From an uncultured Acidobacteriota bacterium (GTDB lineage Bacteria; Acidobacteriota; Thermoanaerobaculia; Multivoradales; UBA5704), in assembly GCA_963770895.1 (NCBI GenBank), contig CAVYRF010000002.1:3872001-3936000 (forward strand): a stretch of DNA of 64,000 nucleotides, read 5' to 3'. Below the pieces are notes generated by a model. The model was not told where the DNA came from and did no database searches. It saw nothing but the letters and a program-made list of their open reading frames with translations. Position numbers and translations under genes: made by a program. Below are positions 1-8,269 of the stretch, piece by piece (position 1 is the stretch's first letter; each line of letters starts with the position of its first letter).

Positions 1-2
1 AG

Positions 3-2330
3 CCGCGCGCCGGCAGCGTCACGGTGCGCGGCCACTACGCTTTTGTGGCGGCCGGCGAGGAAGGTGTTTTCGGCGGTCTGCACGTGGTCGAGCTGGCGGA
101 AGCGATCGACCCGGTGGAGGTGGGGGCGAGCGAGGACGACCTGGGGGTGGTGCGGGCTACCCTTCAGGACGGGTTCGCCTTGGGGGCGCAGTTCTTCCTT
201 GCCGCGCAGGTGGCGATCTTCGACGTGAGCGGACTGCCGCCGGTCTACTCGGCGGTGCTGGACCTGGCCACCCTTCCCGGTGGCGAGGCGGTCGTCGCGC
301 CACGCGCCAACGACATCGCCGTGCGCAACGGCGCGGTGTTCCTGGCGGCCAACGGCGTGCAGCTGGGCGAGCTCATCCCCTATGCCGTGGAGCAGGGCGG
401 CCTGTACACGGGCCTGTTCGAGCTGCCGAACGACGGCGATGCCACGCCGCCGACGGTGAGCCTGAGCACGCCGTCTGCCGGGTCCTCGGTCATGGAGCGG
501 CTGCCGATGACGGTGACCGCGACGGCCCAGGACGAGGTTTCGGTGACCTCGGTCGGAATCCTGGTTAACGGCGCGCTGGTCGAAACGCTCTACAAGCCGC
601 CCTTCCAGACGACCATCACCGTGCCCGCCGGTCAGCCGGCGATGACGCTGGGCGCAGTCGCGACCAACATCGGCGGCGTGCAGGCGACGACTCAGGAAAC
701 GCTCGCCGTCCAGCCGTATCCGCTGCCGGTCGCGACACTGCTGGCGCCGGTACCCGGCCAGACGCTGGTCGATGGTACGCCGCTGACGATCGCGGTGGCG
801 GCGACCGACGCCGTGGCGGTGACGCAGGTCGAGGTCTACGTCAACGGCCACCTGGCGGGCACAGCCACGACGCCGCCCTACCTGTTCCAGGTGACACTCC
901 CACGCGGCGCGGCGACGTTTGCGGTGACGGCCCTGGCCTACGACGCTCAGGGACCAGGCACGATGTCGGCGCCCGTGACCGTCGTCGTGCAGCCGGATGC
1001 GCCCCCGACGGTGGCGATCCTTGCGCCGCTCGATGGGGCGCAGGTCACCGAAGGGAGCGTGGTGTCGATCGTCGCCGGAGCGAGCGATCCGACCGGCATT
1101 GCCGGCGTGCAATTCGACCTCGACGGCGTCGAGCTCCAGGGGACGGCGGTTGCACCCTACACGGTGCAGATCGTGGCACCGCCGGAGGGTCAGACCCTGG
1201 TGCTCGACGCCGTCGCCACCGATACCGTGAACTTGGCGGCCCGCTCTACGCCGGTGACGATCACCACCGTGGTCGACCCCGGAACAGCGATCAGCGGCAC
1301 CGTCCTGGACCCGGCCGGCGCTCCGGCCGCCGGGGCGAGCATCGTCGTCGTCGCCGGCACCTTTTCGGCGACTGCCACGTCGGGTGTCGACGGCTCGTTC
1401 ACGTTGGGCGGCCTGCCCACCAACGACGGCGACTATGCAATCAGCGCCGTCGGTCAGGTAAACGGCTGCCAGGCGGAGGCCGACGCCCAGGTACCCCCGC
1501 CGCCGCCGGGGCAAAACGAATCGCTCGGCAACCTGACCCTGGTGCCGGCTCCCGTGCCGCAACCCACTACCGTGGCCGGCACGATCCTGGGAACGGACGG
1601 CAACGGCCTTGCCGGCGTCACCATCACGGTTTCGAGCACCGACCTGGCCGACACCGCAACCGTCGTGAGCGGTCGCGGTGGCGTGTTCGTCGCGCCCAAC
1701 TTCCCGGCGCGCGCCTGGACGCTGCAGGCCGAGGCCACGATCGCGAACGGCGGAGCGCTGCTCTACGCCGCCACCGGCGCCTCGCCGACCGGCCCGCACG
1801 CGGTCGCCGGCGGCACCACCAACCTGTAGACGCTCGCCCTGCAACCCTATCCGTTCACCGGTCCCGACCCGCTGACCACCGTCATCGGCCAGGCGCTCAA
1901 CCCCGACGGTTCGCCCGCCGCCGGCGCTCAGGTGGTGGTCGACGTCGGCTTCGAGCAGCTGGCAGGGGTCGCTGCGGCCGACGGTACGTTCAAGGTGGCC
2001 GGCGTGCCCACGCTCCAGGGGTTCTTCAAGATCACCGCGGCGCTCCACGAGCCGTGCAACGTCCTGCTGGTTGGCGGACCGGTGACGGTGAGCCAGCTGA
2101 CCGCGGGTGGGCAGACCGCCGTAACGCTGCCTCCGCTGGTGCCCGACCCTGGACCGCCCCCGCCGATCATCTTCGCGTCGCTGCCGTTCCCAGCTTGGCC
2201 CGGCAAGGCGGCGCGGTGCGCGGACACCGCCGCCGCAGGCGGCCTGCGCGGCTCCGTGCGGCGGGCTGCGCCGACCGCGTGCATGGCTTCTGCCGCGCGG
2301 ACCGTGGCGGTGCCGGAGCTCCCGCAGTGA
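3..2330 (+). CDS. Large surface/secreted protein, truncated at the left edge: LVIVD-like repeat, three bacterial Ig-like domains, three carboxypeptidase-regulatory-like beta-sandwich repeats; interrupted by an in-frame TAG at 1827-1829
   Basis: The frame is open from base 3 (SVTVRGHYAFVA..GLHVVE, LVIVD-like). Three 'PTVxxxxP..G..V.E/DG' Ig repeats follow. Repeats 'TAISGTVLDPAGAPAAGA', 'TTVAGTILGTDGNGLAGV' and, after the TAG, 'TTVIGQALNPDGSPAAGA'. ORFs 24..1829 and 1932..2330 are in the same frame. Confidence 0.75.
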
Positions 2331-3955
2331 CACCGCGGCTGGACGACCTCGCGCCCCTTACCGGCGTGGCGGCGCCGGGGCTCAGCCGCCGGCGCCTGCT
2401 GGCGGGCGGCGCCGCGCTGGCCGGCCTGGCGGTCGCGCCCGCGGCAGGAGCCCTCCCTGCGGCTGCTGGGTCCGCAGGTTCGCGGGCTTCGGCGCGTGCC
2501 GTGGCGGCTCAGCTCCAGGCCGAGCTGCCACATCCCGCGCACCCGATCAACGGCGACGAGACCGCGCTGCCCGGCTGGATTGCCTGCTACTCGAAGGGCC
2601 TGCCCCATAATGCGCTGGGCGAGGTGGACCCAGCCGCCTACCGGCTGCTGCTGCGGGCGGTCGCAAGCCGCGATCCGGCCGATTTTGAATCGATCCCGTT
2701 GGGCGGCTTCGTCAAGCTGGCCAACCCCCAGGCGGCGCTGGCCGAAAATCTGATCGGTCCCGACCCAGACCGCATCGAGCTGCCCTCACCGCCGCGCTTC
2801 GCCAGCGCCGAACAGGCCGCCGAGCTGGTCGAGCTGTACTGGCAGGCGCGGCTGCGCGACGTGGCGTTCGAGGACTACGACGCCCACCCGCTCGCCCGGC
2901 AGGCGACGGCGGACCTGTCGCGCCTGCCCGCCCACACCGGACCGCGCGATGCGACGGGCCAGGTTACGTCGCGCATCCTGTTTCGCGGCGCCGGCACGGG
3001 CTCGGCGACCGGCCCCTACCTGTCGCAGTTCCTGTACCGCGACGTCTTCCTGCCGCCGGTGTGGGTCAAGCAGCAGGAGCGCACGGCGGTGGCCGGGATC
3101 GATTACATGACGCGCCCCGATGCGTGGCTCGAGTGTCAGAACGGTGCCCTGACCGGGGTCAACCGCTTCGACCCCATCCCGCGCTTCATCCGCAACGGCC
3201 GCGACCTGGGGGAGTGGGTGCACCGCGACTTCACCTATCAGGCGGCGCTCGATGCCTGCCTGGTGCTGCTCAAGATCGGCGCGCCCACGAGCGGCGCCAA
3301 CCCCTATAAGCATTCGCGCACGCAGAGCGGCTTCGCCACCTTCGGCGCGCCCTACCTGTTTTATCTGCTGGCGGTGGTGACCCAGGTGGCGCTGACCGCA
3401 TCTTGGTACCAGAAGTGGTGTGTACACCGCAGGCTGCGCCCGGAAGAGTTCGCTGGGCGGGTCGAGATGGTGCGCACCGGTCGCGCCGCCTACCCCATCG
3501 ACCCCGCGGTGCTGCACAGCGCCGGCCTCGACAAGACCCTGCGATTCCACGGCACGGCGCTGCTGCCTCAGGCCTACCCGGAAGGAGCGCCGACCCATCC
3601 CTCGTACCCGGCGGCGCATGCAGTGATAGCCGGCGCCGGCGTCACCGTGCTGAAGGCGTTTTTCGACCAGTCGCACCTGCTGCCCGCCCCGGTGGTCGCC
3701 GCCCCGGATGGGCTGGCGCTCAAGCCCTACATCGGATCGCCGCTCACCGTCGGCGGTGAGCTCGACAAGCTCGCCTGGAACGTCGGCATGGGGCGTAACT
3801 TTGCCGGCATCCACTGGCGCTCGGACGTGGCCGCGGGGCTCGATCTGGGCGAGCGCGTAGCCGTCGCGGTGCTGCGCGAGATGAAGCTCACCGGCAACGA
3901 GATCTTCGCCGGCTTCACCCTGCTGCAGTTCGACGGCCGCCGGGTCGCGATCTGA
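2327..3955 (+). CDS. Vanadium-dependent haloperoxidase (PAP2 superfamily, bromoperoxidase-like) with Tat signal peptide, 542 aa
   Basis: Vanadate-site motifs KWCVHRRLRPE, HPSYPAAHA and RNFAGIHWRSD. N-terminal SRRRLL followed by a hydrophobic stretch and AGA. The GTG start at 2327 overlaps the upstream TGA (GTGA), so the ORF-track start at 2054 is too long. Confidence 0.9.
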   Translation: MTPRLDDLAPLTGVAAPGLSRRRLLAGGAALAGLAVAPAAGALPAAAGSAGSRASARAVAAQLQAELPHPAHPINGDETALPGWIACYSKGLPHNALGEVDPAAYRLLLRAVASRDPADFESIPLGGFVKLANPQAALAENLIGPDPDRIELPSPPRFASAEQAAELVELYWQARLRDVAFEDYDAHPLARQATADLSRLPAHTGPRDATGQVTSRILFRGAGTGSATGPYLSQFLYRDVFLPPVWVKQQERTAVAGIDYMTRPDAWLECQNGALTGVNRFDPIPRFIRNGRDLGEWVHRDFTYQAALDACLVLLKIGAPTSGANPYKHSRTQSGFATFGAPYLFYLLAVVTQVALTASWYQKWCVHRRLRPEEFAGRVEMVRTGRAAYPIDPAVLHSAGLDKTLRFHGTALLPQAYPEGAPTHPSYPAAHAVIAGAGVTVLKAFFDQSHLLPAPVVAAPDGLALKPYIGSPLTVGGELDKLAWNVGMGRNFAGIHWRSDVAAGLDLGERVAVAVLREMKLTGNEIFAGFTLLQFDGRRVAI

Positions 3956-3971
3956 AGCGCGTGGCGGTCCG

Positions 3972-3990
3972 CCGCGGCTCGGAGCCGCGG
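3972..3990 (+). terminator. GC-rich hairpin after the haloperoxidase stop (possible terminator or RNA-stability element)
   Basis: Perfect inverted repeat CCGCGGCT-CGG-AGCCGCGG 16 nt after the TGA; no U-tract. Confidence 0.3.
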
Positions 3991-4325
3991 TCACAGGGTG
4001 CCGCGAGCTGGGGGCTCCCCCGCGGGGCTTTCGAGCGACGGCGCCGCTACCCGTAGCAGAGTCCGCGGGTCGTCGGGGCGGATCTTCAGCCGCCGTCGCT
4101 CCCGGCCAAGGCGTTCGGCGTGCAGGCGCCAGCCGCGGCGGCGAAGACTCGGCACCGCAGGCACGCCGGGTGCGTCCACGCGTTGCAGGAAGTGCGGCAG
4201 GTCCTGCTTGGTTTCGTCGGTCGTCGAGCCGCCGCCGTAAAACACCGGACGCCGGTGTCATGCGTTTCGAGCCCGGCGCGTCTGGCCGGCCGGCAAGCAC
4301 ACTACTTGATGAGGAGGAAAGGCTC

Positions 4326-4493
4326 ATGAAAAAGACAACTTGGACGCTCCACCTCAGCCGCGAGACCCTGCGTCACATGCAAGACCCATCGGCTCTGCGC
4401 ACCGCACCCGGCGGCGCTCAAAGCATACCTGTGACCGCCTGCAATACCAGCTGCCCGCCCATCTGCACGCAGGTCAGGGTCTGCGCCGGCTGA
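4326..4493 (+). CDS. RiPP-like precursor peptide 1, 55 aa: MKKTTWTLHLSRETLRHMQDPSALRTAPGG|AQSIPVTACNTSCPPICTQVRVCAG
   Basis: AGGAGG RBS upstream of the ATG; LxLSRETL leader motif; GG cleavage motif; core with 4 Cys and 5 Ser/Thr. Confidence 0.85.
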   Translation: MKKTTWTLHLSRETLRHMQDPSALRTAPGGAQSIPVTACNTSCPPICTQVRVCAG

Positions 4494-4773
4494 GCGCCGG
4501 TCGGGTGCTCTGGGGCAGAGGCGTAGCGCGGTCCAGATGGCGCAGGGCGTCGCGAGCGGCGCCCTGCGCGGGATCGTGACGTGGGGCGGCCTGCAGCTGC
4601 TCGCGGGTGCGAACGACCTCGCACTTACGGAGCAGCATGCAGGCCAGCTCGAAGCGGGTCCGCTTGGTTGGCGCAATCGCCAGCCGTCAGGTGCGCAAAG
4701 GTAGCCCTCGTCATGGATTGCGACCGCTCCGGCACAAGAATAGGTACGGGGCCAACTAAAGGGAGACAGCACC

Positions 4774-4929
4774 ATGAAAAAACAGATCCGGCACCTGTTG
4801 CTCAATCGCGAGACACTGCAGAACCTGACCGCTTCCAACCTGCCCAAGGTGGTCGCCGGCGCCGCCACCTTTCCGCCTGTGTGCGAGAACAGTGGCAACG
4901 CCATCACCCACTGCACGGGCTGTTGCTAG
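4774..4929 (+). CDS. RiPP-like precursor peptide 2, 51 aa: MKKQIRHLLLNRETLQNLTASNLPKVVAG|AATFPPVCENSGNAITHCTGCC
   Basis: Translated by hand, absent from the ORF track. AAGGGAG RBS; LxLNRETL leader; VVAG cleavage-like motif; core with 4 Cys and 4 Ser/Thr. Confidence 0.85.
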   Translation: MKKQIRHLLLNRETLQNLTASNLPKVVAGAATFPPVCENSGNAITHCTGCC

Positions 4930-5112
4930 GAGGCCGGCAGCGATCGCTCCGAACCGGTGCCGGCTGCGACCGGCGCCGGCCGCCGCGACCTCGGTGCGGC
5001 GCCGGCGGTCCCGCGTTGACAACCTGGGCCGCGAGATCGGTGCCGATCCGCTGCGCTAGCTTAGCGACGAGTGCTAAACTTCCGCTGTCTCAAAGGCAAG
5101 GGAGATCCGTTC

Positions 5113-5268
5113 ATGCACAAGACGACCAAGAAGCTGACCCTGTCACGCGAAACTCTTTCCATTCTGACCCTCGATCGTGCGCTTCGTCCGGTGGTAGGGG
5201 GCGTCAGCGTCCAGACCTGTCCTGAGGAAACCTGTACTGAACTGAACCACTTCTGCGTCGGAACCTAA
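5113..5268 (+). CDS. RiPP-like precursor peptide 3, 51 aa: MHKTTKKLTLSRETLSILTLDRALRPVVGG|VSVQTCPEETCTELNHFCVGT
   Basis: AAGGGAG RBS; KKLTLSRETL leader; VVGG motif; core with 3 Cys and 5 Ser/Thr. Confidence 0.85.
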   Translation: MHKTTKKLTLSRETLSILTLDRALRPVVGGVSVQTCPEETCTELNHFCVGT

Positions 5269-5432
5269 ACTGGCGGGTGACATCGAGGGAAGGCTTCGCC
5301 GGGGTGCGGCAGCTGGCAGTGCCAACCCGAAGGTGGCGCCGGCGCCGGGGGCCGGCTGGTGTTCTGGGCCAGACCCGCTTCGCGGGCCGCCTCCTCCCAG
5401 ATCCTGGTGGCCGGCGGAGGGGCTTGCTGCGG

Positions 5433-7832
5433 CTACTCGTAGCGGATGGCGACCAGCGGGTCGACGTTCATGGCGCGGCGGGCGGGAAAGTAGGTGGCCA
5501 GCAGGGCGACGAGCAGGAGAAACAGGGCGGTGCCCAGGTAGGCGAGGGGGTCGGCGGGGGAGATGCCGTAGAGCATGCTGGCGATGAGGCGGTTCCCAGC
5601 GAGGGCGCCGGCCGCGCCGATCGCGATGCCGAGGAGGGTGAGGACGAGTCCCTGTCCTGAGACGAGGCGAAAGATGGCGGTGCGACGGGCTCCCAGGGCG
5701 ACGCGGGTGCCGATTTCGTTGGTGCGCTCCATGACCGAGTAGGCGAAGACGCTGTAGATGCCGAGGGCGGCGAGGAGGAGGGCGAGCACGGCGAAGAGGG
5801 CGAGCAGCATGGTCTTGGCGCGCGGCTCGGCGACGGAGGTGGCGAGGTGGGCGTCCCAGGTCTGCAACTCGTCAAGCGGCAGCTCACGGTCGAGACTCCA
5901 GACGAGACGGCGCACGCTCGGCAGGGCGCCTCCGGGGTTCGCCGCCGTGCGCACCATGAAGGTCAGATCGTCGATGTGCTTCTGCAGCAGCGTTACGTAG
6001 AGGGAGGGCGTGATGTCGTCGGTGATGCCGCGTTCGCGTGCGTCGCCGACGACGCCGATCACTTCCCAGTCCTTGTCGTCGTAGCCGAAGTGCTTGCCGA
6101 GCGGATCCTGGCCCGGCCAGTAGGTTTCGGCCATCTTGCGGTTGATCATCGCCACGAGCGCCGTATGCTCGGTGTCGCCGGAGTTGAACTTGCGCCCGTG
6201 CAGGAGCGGCGTCCCGACGGTGCCGAAATAGTCGCCGTCGATGATGCGCACGTTGGCCGACGGTTCCTTGCCCTTGGGCGGCTGCGCCCGGTCCTTGAAC
6301 ACGATGGTGCTCACCGTCGCGGGCCACATCAGCGGCGGCTGGTTGATCGCGCCGACAGCGGTGACGCCGGGAAGGGCGGCGGCTCCCTGCAAGACCTGCT
6401 GGAAGAAGGCGTCGCGCTTCGCCACCGAGTCGTAACGCGCCGTGTCGGAGGGGAGCGCCAGCGGCACCATGACCATGTGACTGGGGTTGAAGCCGAGGTC
6501 GATGGCGCGCAGGTTGGACAGGCTGCGCAGCAGCAGCACCGCGGCGACCAACACCATCATGGTGAGTGCCACTTCAGCCACCAGCAGCCCCTTGAGCACG
6601 CCGCGGGTGCGTCCCGAGGTGGCCCGCCCGCGCGCCTCCTTGAAGGCCGAGACGAGGTCGAGCCGGAAGGTCTGGCCGACCGGTGCGAGTCCGGCCACCA
6701 CGCCGGTCAGGAGCGAGACCGCAAGGGTCACGAGGAACACCCGCATGTCGATGGTGATCTCGTCCTTGCGCGGCAGTGAGGTGAGCAGGTCGAGCAGGAA
6801 GCTCTTCGAGAGCACGGTGAGGACGACGCCCAGGGCGCCGCCGGAGAGCGCGAGCAGCAGTCCCTCGAGCAGGAACTGGCGCACGATGTCGCGACGGTCC
6901 GCCCCGTGCACCAGGCGCAGCGCCACCTCGTAGCCGCGCTGCTGGGCGCGTGCGACCAGCAGGCTCGCGACGTTGGCGCATGCAATCAACAGGACGAGCG
7001 CCGCGGTCGCGGTGAGCGCCAGGATGCCGACCCGGGTCTTGCCAACCACCACCTCGCGCAGCGGCACCACGTTGACCCCCCAGCCGGCGTTGGTGTCGGG
7101 GTACTGCTGCTCGAGGTGGGCGGTGATGATCGACAGCTGCTTCTGCGCCAGCGCCACCGAGGCCGTGGGCTTGAGGCGGCCGATGGCGAAGAAGTAGCGC
7201 CAGCGGTAGGTCCGCTCCTGCGGCGTGAACGCCACCGGCACCCAGAGCTGCGCCGAGGTGGGGTAGATGTAGCCCGCCGGCATGACGCCGATGACGGTGT
7301 AGGGGCTGCCGTTGAGCTTGAGCGTCTTGCCGATGACGTTGGGGTCGCCGTTCAGAAATTTCTTCCAGAACGAATAGCGGATCACCACCACGTGCCTGCC
7401 AGGGTCGTTCTCCTCGTCGGCGTCGAGGGTGCGCCCGAGAATGGGCTTCATGTCCATGACCTTGAAGAAGTCGCTGCCGACGCGGACGCCGAGCTGGCTG
7501 GTGGGGGTGGCGAGGCCGGTGATGTTGTAGTACTGGAACCCGGCCGGGCTGAAAGCTGCGAAGACCGTGCTCTGGGCCTTCCAGTCCAGCACGTTGCCGG
7601 GCGAAACCATGGTGCGGTCGTCCGCCGAGCCCTTCTGGTGATCGTAGACCATCACCACGCGCTCCTGATGCGAGATGGGTAGCGGCTTGAGCAGGATGGT
7701 GTTGACGACGCTGAAGATGCCGGTGTTGGCGCCGATGCCCAGCGCGAGCGCAAGCACTGCGGCCAAGGTGTAGCCGGGGCGGCCCAGGAGAGACCTCAGA
7801 GCGTAGCGAACATCCCGAGTCAATGCCTCCAT
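5433..7832 (-). CDS. ABC transporter permease, internally duplicated MacB/FtsX type (ADOP-like), 799 aa
   Basis: Typical N-terminus 'DVRYALRSLLGRPGYTLAAVLALALGIGANTGIFSVVN'; 'LLIACANVASLLVAR'; two periplasmic/FtsX halves; C-terminus 'PARRAMNVDPLVAIRYE'. An AAGGAGG RBS supports the ATG at 7832. Confidence 0.92.
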   Translation of the reverse strand: MEALTRDVRYALRSLLGRPGYTLAAVLALALGIGANTGIFSVVNTILLKPLPISHQERVVMVYDHQKGSADDRTMVSPGNVLDWKAQSTVFAAFSPAGFQYYNITGLATPTSQLGVRVGSDFFKVMDMKPILGRTLDADEENDPGRHVVVIRYSFWKKFLNGDPNVIGKTLKLNGSPYTVIGVMPAGYIYPTSAQLWVPVAFTPQERTYRWRYFFAIGRLKPTASVALAQKQLSIITAHLEQQYPDTNAGWGVNVVPLREVVVGKTRVGILALTATAALVLLIACANVASLLVARAQQRGYEVALRLVHGADRRDIVRQFLLEGLLLALSGGALGVVLTVLSKSFLLDLLTSLPRKDEITIDMRVFLVTLAVSLLTGVVAGLAPVGQTFRLDLVSAFKEARGRATSGRTRGVLKGLLVAEVALTMMVLVAAVLLLRSLSNLRAIDLGFNPSHMVMVPLALPSDTARYDSVAKRDAFFQQVLQGAAALPGVTAVGAINQPPLMWPATVSTIVFKDRAQPPKGKEPSANVRIIDGDYFGTVGTPLLHGRKFNSGDTEHTALVAMINRKMAETYWPGQDPLGKHFGYDDKDWEVIGVVGDARERGITDDITPSLYVTLLQKHIDDLTFMVRTAANPGGALPSVRRLVWSLDRELPLDELQTWDAHLATSVAEPRAKTMLLALFAVLALLLAALGIYSVFAYSVMERTNEIGTRVALGARRTAIFRLVSGQGLVLTLLGIAIGAAGALAGNRLIASMLYGISPADPLAYLGTALFLLLVALLATYFPARRAMNVDPLVAIRYE

Positions 7833-7980
7833 CGGTCCTCCTTTATAAATCATTATATTAAGACAATTCCTTCGGCTAGCGCATGCTCTACAACAGCTTA
7901 ATCATCTGTTATGGTAAATAGTAGTGATTAGATCAAGTCGCTCGGCAATTTCAGTGGTGATCGTCATTTAATTTTCGCAG
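7833..7980. promoter_or_regulatory. AT-rich divergent promoter region between the permease and the NRPS operon
   Basis: The most conspicuous AT-rich island in the window. Perfect TATAAT on the minus strand at 7857-7852, just upstream of the permease RBS. Inverted repeat AACAG-N9-CTGTT at 7892-7910. Confidence 0.6.
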
Positions 7981-8269
7981 GCGCGGCCGTGGATGCGCCA
8001 TCCGATGGAGGTGACCCAGGTGGGTTCCGACGAGAGAAGCAGAGGGGGGCGCACTGCGGCGGGCACCGCGATGCTTGGGGGGCTCTCGTGATCGGTCACG
8101 GCAGTGGGAAAGCGAGCCGACGACTTGCCCTTCCGAGGCTCCGTCAGGGCGAAGATTTGGTAGTTGCCGGTCGACTTCGACAGTACCATGCGCCGCGGCG
8201 AAGCCGAAATACCCGGCGGCCCTTCGCGGTATCCAGCGCGCCCGCCGCGGTGCGCCGCGGAAGGCCGCG

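Noticed and set aside
4242-4258. Small palindrome ACACCGG-ACG-CCGGTGT upstream of precursor 1
   Set aside because: Single occurrence, not repeated before precursors 2 or 3; plausible by chance in GC-rich DNA.
4087-4300. Cys-rich minus-strand frame (TCRTSCNAWTHPACLRC) as a possible fourth precursor, and other short ORFs in the 3956-4325 gap
   Set aside because: No start codon after the upstream TAG, no LxLxRETL leader and no RBS.
4474-4686. Minus-strand stretch reading RFELACMLLRKCEVVRTREQLQAAPRHDPAQGAARDALRHL, vaguely TPR-like
   Set aside because: Preceded by an in-frame stop with no convincing start or RBS; at best a decayed remnant, and not supportable without a search.
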